This document shows positions 38,666 to 48,023 of a stretch of 64,000 bases of DNA, piece after piece (the first letter of the stretch is position 1; every line of letters starts with the position of its first letter). Source of the DNA: a virus. The notes beneath the pieces were generated by a model, which did no database searches, was not told where the DNA came from, and saw only the letters and a list, made by a program, of their open reading frames with translations. Made by a program: the position numbers and the translations under genes. The DNA lies in the IMG/VR virus record IMGVR_UViG_3300037258_000161, positions 32,001 to 96,000 of that record; one strand, written 5' to 3'.

Positions 38666-39349
38666 CTAAATCGCGTGGACGTGGAGGTACGGGACGGCTG
38701 CCCGGTAGGCCAGGAAGCCGAGGGCCAGCAGGAGAGCAGGTGCGACCACAAGGTTCTCCCGCCAGGTGCCGGTAACGAAGCTCAGCGGGCGGGGCAGGCC
38801 GAAATGGCGCATGGTCACGGGCCACGCGAGCGGGCAGCCCTGCACCGTGATCATGTCCCCGGCGATGTGGGTTGCGCATCCCAGGGCGCAGGCGAGCGGG
38901 ATGAGTGCCAGCGAGAAGCCTTCCCATCCGACAGCGAAAGCAGCACCGAGGGCGAGGAGGTCCGCGAAGTGGCCGCCGATCCGCAGCGCCCGCAGGCCGG
39001 CGGCGAAGGCGAGAGCCAGCAGGAGCGCGAGCGCCCAGTGCCCGGCCGTCGTGTGCCGGAAGGCGCAGCACAGCCACGTGAGGGCGGTGAACACGGCGAC
39101 GCCGAGCACCGAGTGGCTGCCGTGGCGATGCCCCCCGCTGATCTTGCCGATCACCCAGGCGAAGGCCTCGGACAGGAAGCCGAGCGAGCGGGAGACCGTC
39201 GAGTGGCAGGTGTCGATGTCGGGCAGCGTGGCGAAGGCTGCGGTGAAGCCGGCGAGCGCCGCCGACTGGAGCGGCGGCAGGTGCAGGACGAACTCTCCTG
39301 CACCTGCGCCGGTCACCCCGCCGGACAAGGCGTGCGAATGTCCCAGCAC
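38666..39349 (-). CDS. Membrane metal-dependent hydrolase (YdjM-like)
   Basis: GHSHALSG, LPDID, GGHRHGSHS, HIAGDMIT..GCPL.WP. Confidence 0.85.
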   Translation of the reverse strand: MLGHSHALSGGVTGAGAGEFVLHLPPLQSAALAGFTAAFATLPDIDTCHSTVSRSLGFLSEAFAWVIGKISGGHRHGSHSVLGVAVFTALTWLCCAFRHTTAGHWALALLLALAFAAGLRALRIGGHFADLLALGAAFAVGWEGFSLALIPLACALGCATHIAGDMITVQGCPLAWPVTMRHFGLPRPLSFVTGTWRENLVVAPALLLALGFLAYRAAVPYLHVHAI

Positions 39350-39350
39350 T

Positions 39351-39935
39351 TCATCCCCCTGGTTGGTAGAACTGGCGGTCAGCAGCCCGGACGGGTGCCG
39401 ACTGGACGGCCTCGGCGATGCCCCCGTGACGCCGCCGCAGACCGTCACGCATCCGGCTGGCAATGTCGGCCGCAGTAGCCAGTTCCTCGCGCAGCCGTTC
39501 CCGTGCCCGCTCCAGCCTCTGACTGGCGGCCCGGAGGTCTTCCTCTGCCGCACCGACAGCGGAAGCTTTCGCCCCGTGGCACCCGTCGCATGGCTCGTTC
39601 TCCGGCATCCCCCGGGCGGCGTCCAGTTGCTCCTGCGCATCGGACACCTGGCGCTCGGCCGCCCTCACGTCCCGGGCGGCCTGGGCCACGTCCGCCTCGG
39701 CGGCGACCATGTCCATCGCGTCACCGATGGTCTGGGCGTCCACGTCCTGGGGCTGCATCTCCTCGGCCAGTTCCAGGAACTCCCGCTGGAGCGCTTCGGC
39801 TGACACCTCGTCACCGGCTGCGCGGACCTCGGCCGGGTCGGCCAGGTCAAGGGCCGAGGTGTAGGTGGCGTCGCCGTAGCTGCGCGCTCCCCGCTCGGCA
39901 GCGGAGAGGCGTGATGCGGCCTCGGCAGGCGTCAT
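39351..39935 (-). CDS. Helical protein with HGGI..AV..AP...FY tail
   Basis: C-terminus shared with 45203-46354. Confidence 0.7.
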   Translation of the reverse strand: MTPAEAASRLSAAERGARSYGDATYTSALDLADPAEVRAAGDEVSAEALQREFLELAEEMQPQDVDAQTIGDAMDMVAAEADVAQAARDVRAAERQVSDAQEQLDAARGMPENEPCDGCHGAKASAVGAAEEDLRAASQRLERARERLREELATAADIASRMRDGLRRRHGGIAEAVQSAPVRAADRQFYQPGG

Positions 39936-40005
39936 GGCGCGTGCCAGTCAGCCTCGGCGGGGTTGGCATTCCCTCGGCCCTCACTGGACCGAGGTTCCCG
40001 GGTGC

Positions 40006-41256
40006 TCATGCGGCGCTCCGGGTGATTCCCGCTGCCCCGGCGAGTGCCGGGGACTTCTGCGGGCGTGAGACCCCGTGCCCCGGGGCGTGCGCAGGGACAA
40101 GCTCACCAGTGGTGAGCAGGAGTCCCCGGGCAAGGATGTTGCGCGCGGCATTGCGATCTGCGTGATCCTCGTGGCCGCACTCCTGGCACCGGAATACCGC
40201 TTGGCTCTCGCGGTTCTCCTTAGCCGTGTGACCGCAGACGTGGCACTGCTGCGAAGTGAAACGCGGGTCGATCTGGACGACCGTGACTCCGGAGGCGACG
40301 GCTTTGTGCTCTAGCCGCTCAGCTAGCACTCCCCAGCAGGAGGCAAGGATGCCCCGGCTCAGGCTGGCCCGTGCGCGAGCCTGGTTTCGGAGGAAGTTCC
40401 CGGCTAGGTCGGGGTCCGGCTTGGCCGCGGGTCGCCTGATCATGCCCTTGATGTTGAGCTTCTCCAGCACGACCAAGTCGTGGTCGGAGACTATGCGCGT
40501 GCTGATCTTCTCCGCCCAGTCTCTGCGGCGGTCGGCCACTCGCGCGGCCATGACGGCAAGGGTGCGACGTGTGCGCTCACGCTTGGCCGAACGCTTGTGC
40601 TGCCGTGCCATGCGCTGCTGAAGGGCGATGTAGTGCTGGGCTTGGGCGGCCGAGATCCGGGGAGCGCGGTAGTGCTGACCGTCTGATGTGACCAGTGCGG
40701 TACGGATGCCTCGGTCAAGGCCAACCGAACCCTTGGTGGACTCGCGCCTGATGGCAGGCTGCGGTGCGGGGAAGGACACATGCCAGCGGCCGGTCTTGTC
40801 ACAAGTGACCCGGGCCATACGCAGTTCGGTGGGCAGTTGGCGCGTCCACCGGAAGCGGACGTAGCCGCACTTCGGCACGAACACTGCTCCCCAGCGACGA
40901 TTTAGTCTCCGAGCCTTGGTATCGCGGATCACGAAGCCCTGGCGCCCGCGCTTGCTGCGGTAAGACGGCATCCCGGCAACCCTGGACTTGTCGAAAAAGG
41001 CGCCCAGCGCACGGTCGAAATCCCGGAGCGCCTGCTGCTGGACGGACGACGCCCCGGCCGCGAGCCAGGGTTCCGCTTTGCGCGCTTCCGCCAACTGCCG
41101 CTGGCGATCCGCGCTGCCCGGCGCTCGCCCGCGTCCGGGGCGCCACCACGACTGCTGCTCCACGGCGAGGTTCCAGACGAACCGGGCGTGCGCACAGTGC
41201 TCCAGGAGGGTTGCCTCCTGGCGAGCATCAGGGCACAGGCGGTTCCGTATGGCCAT
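40006..41256 (-). CDS. tnpB: RNA-guided endonuclease TnpB
   Basis: HARFVWN; RuvC GLDRG, VLEKL, ADRNAARNI; CHVCG/CQECG Zn finger. Confidence 0.95.
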   Translation of the reverse strand: MAIRNRLCPDARQEATLLEHCAHARFVWNLAVEQQSWWRPGRGRAPGSADRQRQLAEARKAEPWLAAGASSVQQQALRDFDRALGAFFDKSRVAGMPSYRSKRGRQGFVIRDTKARRLNRRWGAVFVPKCGYVRFRWTRQLPTELRMARVTCDKTGRWHVSFPAPQPAIRRESTKGSVGLDRGIRTALVTSDGQHYRAPRISAAQAQHYIALQQRMARQHKRSAKRERTRRTLAVMAARVADRRRDWAEKISTRIVSDHDLVVLEKLNIKGMIRRPAAKPDPDLAGNFLRNQARARASLSRGILASCWGVLAERLEHKAVASGVTVVQIDPRFTSQQCHVCGHTAKENRESQAVFRCQECGHEDHADRNAARNILARGLLLTTGELVPAHAPGHGVSRPQKSPALAGAAGITRSAA

Positions 41257-41273
41257 GTTGTACATTGTACTGC

Positions 41274-41426
41274 ATGGCACGACAGACTGAGCGGCTTGAC
41301 CTGCGGATAGACCCGGAACTCCGGGAAGCAATCGAGCGGATAGCCCAAGCGAAGGATCGCTCCGTTGCATGGGTAGTGCGGGACGCACTGAGGCGCTACG
41401 TCCAGCAGGAACAACCCCCGGGCTGA
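41274..41426 (+). CDS. Ribbon-helix-helix (CopG/Arc-like) protein
   Basis: RLDLRIDPELREAIERIA...RSVAWVVRDAL. Confidence 0.85.
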   Translation: MARQTERLDLRIDPELREAIERIAQAKDRSVAWVVRDALRRYVQQEQPPG

Positions 41427-41447
41427 GTCCGCTCATCACTTCCCCGG

Positions 41448-41981
41448 TCAGCCGTGGCGCCGCAGGAGCCGTCGCCACGCGGGAACGGGCAGCGCCAGCG
41501 AGGCTTCCGTGTAGGTGCCCGGCTCCCACTGCTCGCCCTCGGTGCGGCCCATGCCGACCACGCGGGCCACGATGCGGTCACCCTCGCGGGTCATGGTGAG
41601 CGCGCCCCGCGTCGTGCCATTGGAGATGGGCCACCAGAACCGGCTGACTACATCGGCAGGCAGGGCGTCCAGCGCCTCAGTGTTGGCCTTGGCGTGGCGG
41701 CAGTGGTTGTCGTCGTTGTCGGCCCACCGCATCGCCTCGTCCAGGTCGTGGTGCTCGCCGTGCTCCGCGAGTGAGTAGCCAACGCCACCCGGGTAGACCT
41801 TCGCCAGCGCGGGGTCGATCTTGCGCAGCAGGTACCTGGTCGCCAGGTGGGATGGCTCGCCGGGGAGTTCGATCCGCACGATGACGTACTTGCCGTCCGT
41901 GCTGCGCCACAGGCCGCTGCGCAGGTCCGTCGTCCAGGTGCGCCCTTGTGTGTCGGTAATCCGGGTGCTGGTGGTGGTCAT
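41448..41981 (-). CDS. Hypothetical protein
   Basis: ATGA overlap with upstream gene; globular composition. Confidence 0.6.
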   Translation of the reverse strand: MTTTSTRITDTQGRTWTTDLRSGLWRSTDGKYVIVRIELPGEPSHLATRYLLRKIDPALAKVYPGGVGYSLAEHGEHHDLDEAMRWADNDDNHCRHAKANTEALDALPADVVSRFWWPISNGTTRGALTMTREGDRIVARVVGMGRTEGEQWEPGTYTEASLALPVPAWRRLLRRHG

Positions 41982-43135
41982 TGCCTTGCTCCTATCTCGA
42001 TGATGTCGGCCCCTTTGCGGGACTCGTAGGCCAGACCGAGCGCATCGCGCGCCTTGTCCGGGCCGATGTGCAGGTCACGCCTCACGCGGGCCAGCGAGAC
42101 GGCCTCCGCGCCGTACACGTCGAGCATGGCTCCGACGTTGAGCGCGAGGTCTTCTGCTGGCATGCTCCGTGAGCGTGTCGCTGAGAGTTTGAGAGCGGGT
42201 GCCGTGCGCGACTTCGTGCGCGCCTCGTGAGCGGGTGCCGGGGTGTCACCGTGACTGATTCCGTCCGTGGGCTCGTGAGCGACGGGCGGCATGGCTTGTG
42301 CTGCATTCGGTGACGCTTCCGGTGCGCGCACCGGAGCGGCCCCGTTGCGGATCTCGGCGCGCTTACGGGTCACCTTCACGGCCACGTCCTCGCGGCGCGT
42401 CAGGCCGTGCACCACCCAGTCCTCAACGGGCTTCTCCCAGGCTGCCGCTCCCTTCCCCTCGGCGCCCTCGGCGACAGCCATCAGGACGGCAGCCGGGGGA
42501 CGCGAGTGGACGATCTGGCGCTTGAGGAGTGACGGGACGCGCAGCCGCCAGAAGATGCCCTTCTGGTCACGGACGAAGTCGAGGGCGTAGCGCCGGGCGT
42601 CGGCGGTCTCCGAGGCGAGCGCCACCTCGTCCTCGGTGACGGCCACCGCGTGGACCGCGGCCTCGGCGGCAAGCACCGGGAGGAAGAACGCGATCGTCAC
42701 CGCGGCGTGGCCGACCATCGCGGGGAAGTTGCCGTGCGCCGCGTAGACGTTGAGGAACAGGCTGGCGGCGGCGAACGGGTACGGCGCCCAGCGGAGCCAC
42801 GCCTTCGGCTTGCCCTTGCGCTGCAGCCACAGCCCGAGGATGTAGAGGAACAGGAACGCGCCCTCGGTCGCGGCCGGGACGGTCCAGGCGTCCGGCATCT
42901 CCGGGGAGAGCAGATCCGTGACCGTGCGGAACATGTCCAGGAAGAACACGGGCGCCAGGCCGCAGCCGAGCATGATGATGATGGCCAGGAGCGGGCGGTC
43001 CCATGAGCCGCCTGGACGGGACTTCCGGGCCGAGGCGAGCAAGGGCTTCGCGGCCTGGGTCACGGCGGCCACGAGGAACGCCGCGGCGGCGATGCCGAGC
43101 GTGAAGCCCAGCGGAATGTTCGGGATGGCAGGCAT
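41978..43135 (-). CDS. Spd-like (DUF2637-type) multi-pass membrane protein with C-terminal HTH
   Basis: 4-5 transmembrane segments; SLARVRRDLHIGPDKARDAL; directly follows the FtsK-like gene. Confidence 0.65.
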   Translation of the reverse strand: MPAIPNIPLGFTLGIAAAAFLVAAVTQAAKPLLASARKSRPGGSWDRPLLAIIIMLGCGLAPVFFLDMFRTVTDLLSPEMPDAWTVPAATEGAFLFLYILGLWLQRKGKPKAWLRWAPYPFAAASLFLNVYAAHGNFPAMVGHAAVTIAFFLPVLAAEAAVHAVAVTEDEVALASETADARRYALDFVRDQKGIFWRLRVPSLLKRQIVHSRPPAAVLMAVAEGAEGKGAAAWEKPVEDWVVHGLTRREDVAVKVTRKRAEIRNGAAPVRAPEASPNAAQAMPPVAHEPTDGISHGDTPAPAHEARTKSRTAPALKLSATRSRSMPAEDLALNVGAMLDVYGAEAVSLARVRRDLHIGPDKARDALGLAYESRKGADIIEIGARQ

Positions 43136-43140
43136 GGGTT

Positions 43141-45198
43141 CTAGGCTCCCGTGGCTTCGGACTCAGTGTGATCAGAACCGGACACAACGTGCAGGGATGC
43201 GCGCACTGGGGCGTATGTGCCGTGCTTTGTCTTCGTGATGCGCCCGGCCTCGGTCAGGCTGCGGAGCGCGTCACGCCAGGCGCCCATGCTGAACGGCTTC
43301 GCGCGGCCCCACTGGCCGGTGACGAGCTTCCCGGCCCGGATGATGATCTCCCCGCGGTCAAGTTCGGCGCCTGCCTCGTCCAGAACGGCGAGAATGGCGT
43401 CCGCGGCGGTGCGCCCGGGAGGGGCTTCGTCGTCTTGCGGCGGGACGGCAGCGAGCGGAGCAGCGGACGGGATTGCCAGCTGGACGCCGCCCTGCGCCAT
43501 TGCGCGGTCCATCGCCTCGCGGAACCTGTCGTCCAGTGCGGGCACGACAGGGTTGCAGCGCTTCATCGCCTTCGGCACCAGGTCGGTGCGCATCGGCGCG
43601 TCGGGACGGTTGTCCGGGCCGACTATGTAACCCAGCCCGGCCGTCTCCTTGCCGTCGGCGAAGTACTGGGGGATTAGCGACGGGTCCTTCTCCAGGCCGA
43701 GCATCCCGCCGGCGACCCGGTTGGCGGTACGGCCACTCCACGCATTCCCGCCGCGGAGCATGTCCCGGAGGGCCTGCTCGCCGCCGAGTTCGGAAAGACC
43801 CGGCAGGTGGGTCGCCAGCCACATGGCCTCGCCGGTCTTGCGGCCCAGGCGCCCGATGTCCAGGGTGAGCTGCACCGCCTTCCGGTCGTCCTTCGAATCG
43901 CCGGCGAGCAGCATGTGCGCCTCATCGAAAATGACCAGGACGATGGGCAGGCCCGTCAGGACGTGGTCGAACATCCCCATGCCGCGCATCGGCACCCCGT
44001 CGTCGTCCCACTTCAGGCTGGAGAGGTAACGGGAACGGTCCAGCATCCCGGCGTGCAGGCCGCGGAGCATGTTCAGGCACTCCGGCTTCCCGGCGGCATA
44101 GAGGCAGCGGTCGCGCCAGTACGGAAGGGACTGCCCTTCCTGCGGGTCCAGGACCACGGGGACGATGTAGCCGCACTCGATGGCGATGAACAGCAGCAGG
44201 TTGAGCACCTCGGACTTACCCGACCCCGTGGTTCCGCTGATGAGGGCATGGCGCGTACCGAAGCGGGGGGTGAAGAACTTGAAGTGCGCGGCGGACCCGT
44301 CCGCGAACCGGCCGACGATCGCCGTGCCGGTCTGCGGGTCGATCCCCTTGCCATTCCATTCCCGGGTCCGCATGAGGGTGTCGCGGCCGAGGACGGTCAG
44401 GTAGCCGCTGGAGGTGATGCCGTCGGCAGACCGCTCGGCGTAGGCCTCGGTCATCGGCTTGTGCCAGGCGCCGGCGATGTTCTCGGGGGCGGACACGATG
44501 TTGCCGATGGTGGTCTTGATGCCGTCGGTGCGGACCGGGTAGCGCCTGCCGCCTCCGGGGAGTTCCTCCACCATGCCGAGGCTGGCGTTCCAGCGCTTCT
44601 CGGCAGTCAGCAGGTTCCACCGCACGTAGTCGTTCTGCGGGGCGGCAGCAGGGGGCGCTTCCTCGGGGATGCGCCGGAAGTGCCGCACCCACGGGACGAT
44701 CACCACGAGGGCGCAGACGGCCAGGACGGCCCGGTAGGCGGCCACGAGCAGGTGCGGCCACGGCGGGGCGAAGCCCGTCAGGCACAGCACGGGGATCCAG
44801 AACGCGGACAGGACAGCCATCGCCTGCCACGCGTGATGCCTGAAGCCGTCCATGTGGCGGGTGAACAGCCAGATCCCCGCCGCGGTCAGGCCGGCGAGGA
44901 CGAGAGCGGCCTTGATGTTGTGCGCGGTGCCGGTGCCCAGTCCCGCTGCCAGCACCCAGGCAGCCCAGGCGAACGGCGGCAGGAAGCGGCGGAAACGGTA
45001 GGCGCGCGTCTTGCCGAGGAAGCCGTTCACCTGCGGCGCGGCGGTCACGGGAGCCGCGCCGGGCTGGGCGGCGACCTGGCGGGCGACCTCGCGGACGAGT
45101 GCCTTCTGCTGGCGCTTGCCGAGGTTGATCTGGTGGGCAGGCTTGGGCTGGCCCCGCCGCCAGCGCGGGACTTCCTTCTTGGCCTGACGGCGGGGCAT
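43141..45198 (-). CDS. TraB-like FtsK/SpoIIIE DNA translocase
   Basis: N-terminal transmembrane segments, Walker A GTTGSGKS, Walker B IFDEAH, GRKTG, C-terminal winged helix. Confidence 0.85.
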   Translation of the reverse strand: MPRRQAKKEVPRWRRGQPKPAHQINLGKRQQKALVREVARQVAAQPGAAPVTAAPQVNGFLGKTRAYRFRRFLPPFAWAAWVLAAGLGTGTAHNIKAALVLAGLTAAGIWLFTRHMDGFRHHAWQAMAVLSAFWIPVLCLTGFAPPWPHLLVAAYRAVLAVCALVVIVPWVRHFRRIPEEAPPAAAPQNDYVRWNLLTAEKRWNASLGMVEELPGGGRRYPVRTDGIKTTIGNIVSAPENIAGAWHKPMTEAYAERSADGITSSGYLTVLGRDTLMRTREWNGKGIDPQTGTAIVGRFADGSAAHFKFFTPRFGTRHALISGTTGSGKSEVLNLLLFIAIECGYIVPVVLDPQEGQSLPYWRDRCLYAAGKPECLNMLRGLHAGMLDRSRYLSSLKWDDDGVPMRGMGMFDHVLTGLPIVLVIFDEAHMLLAGDSKDDRKAVQLTLDIGRLGRKTGEAMWLATHLPGLSELGGEQALRDMLRGGNAWSGRTANRVAGGMLGLEKDPSLIPQYFADGKETAGLGYIVGPDNRPDAPMRTDLVPKAMKRCNPVVPALDDRFREAMDRAMAQGGVQLAIPSAAPLAAVPPQDDEAPPGRTAADAILAVLDEAGAELDRGEIIIRAGKLVTGQWGRAKPFSMGAWRDALRSLTEAGRITKTKHGTYAPVRASLHVVSGSDHTESEATGA

Positions 45199-45202
45199 CG
45201 GT

Positions 45203-46354
45203 CTAGCTCCCTACGTAGAAGTCGGTCTCGGCGGGACGGGGGATCGGGGCGTCATCGACAGCAGCCTTGATGCCGCCGTGCTCCTTTGTGAGGGCGTCCC
45301 TGACGGCGACTGCCTGCTCGGCAATCGCTTTGTGGTCCTCCTCAGCCTTCTTGAGCTGGTCAACGAGGTCCATCTGCGCGGTCATGGTGCCGCCCTGGAC
45401 GCCGACTGCCTGCATGTCCTCCGCGTGCTGCGTGGCGGCGGTGTGGCGCTGGGCCGCCGCGGCGGCGTCCTGCTCGGCCTCCTCGGCGCGCTTGCGGGCG
45501 TTCTCCATGACGATGTCGTAGTTGGTGTCTGCGGCCACTTGCTCTCCTTGGGTGGTGGGTGATGCGGTGGTGTCGATCGGCTGCGGGTTGCGGGAGGCGT
45601 CAGCGCCAGGCTCTGCCTCGGCGCGCTCGCGCATGCGATTGAGGATGGCTGCGTCCGGGTCACCGGCCGGGGGGATGTTGCCGTCCCGGTCGAGCGGGCC
45701 GTCGTAACCGGACTCGCGCTGGTCGAAGAACCTCCGGTCAGCGTCACTCTCGGGCTGGCCGTCTACGCGGCGGGTTGGCTCCGGTTCGACAGCAGGGGCG
45801 GCGGTGACGATCGGGGCGCAGCCCGGCAGGCACGGGTAACCGTCAGGGGCACCGCAACTGGAGCACTTCCATCCGGTCGACTGCCGCTGCTCACGCCGTG
45901 CGGCCACCTCGTCGGCTGCCCTCCGGACTGCCTTCCTTCCTGTTGCCGGACTGCCTTTTGCCTGCTGGGCGGCGAGTTCCTCTTCGATCTCGCGTTGCGC
46001 CTCAGCCTGCCTCGTCCGGTGCTCACGGATGGATGCGGCAGTGTCGCGCTCGGTCTCAAGGTGGTTCGTGCGCGCAGCCTCACGGATGTTCCGCTGCTGG
46101 GCGAGAACTGCCCTGTGGGCAAGCCATCCGGCGTGCCAGCCGGTACGGCCAGCCGGGAAACCGTGGAGTCCCTCACGGATCCAGTAGCCGGCCTGCCGCT
46201 GGCGCACTCCGCGCGAGGCTGACTTCCCCGCGCGTCCCGGCGTTGCCTTTGCGGGTGCTGGCGACGCCTTGGGAGCTCCGGCGCGGGCATTCTTGACTGC
46301 GGACTTGGAGACGTCCCAGATGGCGATCACGAACAGGATGGCGATGAGTTCCAT
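45203..46354 (-). CDS. Membrane-anchored coiled-coil protein with HGGI..AV..AP...FY tail
   Basis: N-terminal hydrophobic anchor, CSSC motif, helical C-terminal domain. Confidence 0.7.
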   Translation of the reverse strand: MELIAILFVIAIWDVSKSAVKNARAGAPKASPAPAKATPGRAGKSASRGVRQRQAGYWIREGLHGFPAGRTGWHAGWLAHRAVLAQQRNIREAARTNHLETERDTAASIREHRTRQAEAQREIEEELAAQQAKGSPATGRKAVRRAADEVAARREQRQSTGWKCSSCGAPDGYPCLPGCAPIVTAAPAVEPEPTRRVDGQPESDADRRFFDQRESGYDGPLDRDGNIPPAGDPDAAILNRMRERAEAEPGADASRNPQPIDTTASPTTQGEQVAADTNYDIVMENARKRAEEAEQDAAAAAQRHTAATQHAEDMQAVGVQGGTMTAQMDLVDQLKKAEEDHKAIAEQAVAVRDALTKEHGGIKAAVDDAPIPRPAETDFYVGS

Positions 46355-46362
46355 GTCACACC

Positions 46363-46788
46363 TCAGATCGAGTTCAGGGCGGACACGGCGTTGCCGGTCA
46401 GCGAGAGGATGGCCCCGCGCAGGCCGGCCAGTGCCGGGATCCCCGCCACGCCGACTGCGACGAGGACACCGAGGGCCAGCGCAATCCAGCCGGTCGACTT
46501 CTTCGCCTTGCCCTTCGGGTGCAGGTGATGGGCAAGCACGATGGCCAGGAGGATGAACAATCCGGCGGCGAACCCCGTGCCGAGGGCCCAGCCGGTCACG
46601 GACCCGAAGGTGTTCTGCGCCCAGGTGCCGATGTCAGCGAGTATCCGGCCGATGAAGCCGGACGTCCCGACGATGACGACGCCGAGGAATGCGAGCACGG
46701 CCCGAGCTTTCGCCCAGGTCCCAAGCCAGTACAGGACGCCGAACAGGAGCAGGAACAGCACTCCCAGCTCGGGGACGGTCAGTTTCAT
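46363..46788 (-). CDS. Four-pass membrane protein (Spd-like)
   Basis: Highly hydrophobic; upstream of TraB-like gene. Confidence 0.7.
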   Translation of the reverse strand: MKLTVPELGVLFLLLFGVLYWLGTWAKARAVLAFLGVVIVGTSGFIGRILADIGTWAQNTFGSVTGWALGTGFAAGLFILLAIVLAHHLHPKGKAKKSTGWIALALGVLVAVGVAGIPALAGLRGAILSLTGNAVSALNSI

Positions 46789-46797
46789 CAGGCCCTC

Positions 46798-47232
46798 CTA
46801 GAGCCAGTGGGTGACGAGCAGATAGACGACGACGGCGGCCACGGCACGGGCAGGGGACTCGGCCAGCCACTCCGCGACATCCAGGCACGCCTTGACGACG
46901 AGGTGCAGCCATCCCCAGGCCCGGCGCAGGGCGCGGGCGGCAGGGGACTTGCACTCGCCGGCGGCTTCCACGTGGCGCAGGTGCGCGGAGTGCAGGGAGC
47001 CGTGATCGACCTGGAGCAGGTTCGTCCCCCTCGGGATGACGAACGCGCCGAAGACCCGGGTCAGGAAGTCCCTGGCCCGGGTGTACGGGTCGTCGGGGAC
47101 GGGTGTGACGCGGGCAAGCGGAAGGGCAGTTGGTATGCTTTCGCGCGCGCGCGCCTGGACGCCTTGACTCCTGGCGTCCGGTTCAGGCGGCAGACTGCCC
47201 TTTGCGACTGCCTCACTAGCGCGGCTGGTCAT
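46798..47232 (-). CDS. Membrane protein
   Basis: C-terminal WLAESPARAVAAVVVYLL. Confidence 0.6.
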   Translation of the reverse strand: MTSRASEAVAKGSLPPEPDARSQGVQARARESIPTALPLARVTPVPDDPYTRARDFLTRVFGAFVIPRGTNLLQVDHGSLHSAHLRHVEAAGECKSPAARALRRAWGWLHLVVKACLDVAEWLAESPARAVAAVVVYLLVTHWL

Positions 47233-47527
47233 AGCCGCCTCCGTCCAGGCGCGCGGCGAGCTGCGCCAGGAGATCGCCCGCGTAATCCAGGAGCTGGTCC
47301 GCCTGGGTGAGCGCACGAGGGTCGGCCACGGCCAGCAGGCCGAGACCGCCGGGCCTCGTGTGCCGGTGGATCATCAGCCGCACCGAGGAGCGGAACCAGT
47401 CCGCCTTCACGGCGAACCGTGACGACGCGTCACCGGAGGCGGTGAGCTTGCGCTGCCAGCGCTCCTTGCGCTGCTGCGCCTTCGTCTTCGTCTCGCCGAG
47501 ATCCTGGCGGCGGGTGCGGGTGGTCAC
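47216..47527 (-). CDS. Hypothetical protein
   Basis: Overlapping junctions in operon. Confidence 0.55.
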   Translation of the reverse strand: MTTRTRRQDLGETKTKAQQRKERWQRKLTASGDASSRFAVKADWFRSSVRLMIHRHTRPGGLGLLAVADPRALTQADQLLDYAGDLLAQLAARLDGGGYDQPR

Positions 47528-47742
47528 GAGGCCCTCACCGTGGCGAGCTTCTTCCAGGTGCCGTCAGCGAACGCGACGGCCTCGAACTGGTCCCACTTGC
47601 CGCGGCCCCACTTGTTGCCCGTCAGCCAGCCGGTCAGGATCTCCCTGAGCTCGGCCGGGTTCGCCGGGTCGGCCTGCACCTTGAACGAGTCCTCCTTGCG
47701 GCCCTTGCGGCGGATCTCGATCTCGAGCGGCTGGCTGGTCAT
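47524..47742 (-). CDS. Hypothetical protein
   Basis: MTSQPLEIEIRR...; RBS GGAG. Confidence 0.55.
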   Translation of the reverse strand: MTSQPLEIEIRRKGRKEDSFKVQADPANPAELREILTGWLTGNKWGRGKWDQFEAVAFADGTWKKLATVRAS

Positions 47743-48023
47743 CGGGCTCTCCTGTCGCTGATGTACTCGGTCAGGGACGGGATCCAGCGGTGCCCGATCG
47801 CGAGGATTACCCCGCTGGCAAGGCCACCAAGGAACTGTGCGGGGAGCCCGTAGCCGAGCCACGGGCAGATAGCCAGGTAGGCAGCGAGGGACGGGACAGC
47901 CACGGCCAGTTCCTTCGCCGCCGCCCGGCTTCCGTAGTCGCGCGCCGTGCGGCGGCACGACAGCACCGTCCCGGTAGTGGCAGCGACAGCCAGGATGATG
48001 TAGGCGACGAAGTTCGGGCTCAT
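47739..48023 (-). CDS. Small membrane protein
   Basis: MSPNFVAYIILAV...; about three hydrophobic segments. Confidence 0.6.
   Translation of the reverse strand: MSPNFVAYIILAVAATTGTVLSCRRTARDYGSRAAAKELAVAVPSLAAYLAICPWLGYGLPAQFLGGLASGVILAIGHRWIPSLTEYISDRRAR

Larger units (their letters stand above)
39963..41434 (-). mobile_element. IS200/IS605-family tnpB-only element with divergent RHH gene (ends inferred)
   Basis: Right-end hairpin CCTCGGTC...GGCCGAGG followed by GAATGCCAA; left flank ends in GTGAT; no tnpA. Confidence 0.55.

Noticed and set aside
39943-39962. Self-target for the predicted TnpB guide
   Set aside because: Best match seen by eye is only 10 nt (near 63453), not significant at this GC content; an exhaustive search was not possible
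40006-41256. Cas12 effector or inactivated TnpB-derived regulator
   Set aside because: No CRISPR array, size is typical of TnpB, and the RuvC D-E-D residues are intact
43141-45198. Type VII secretion EccC
   Set aside because: Single ATPase domain with a C-terminal winged helix, and no EccB, EccD or MycP nearby
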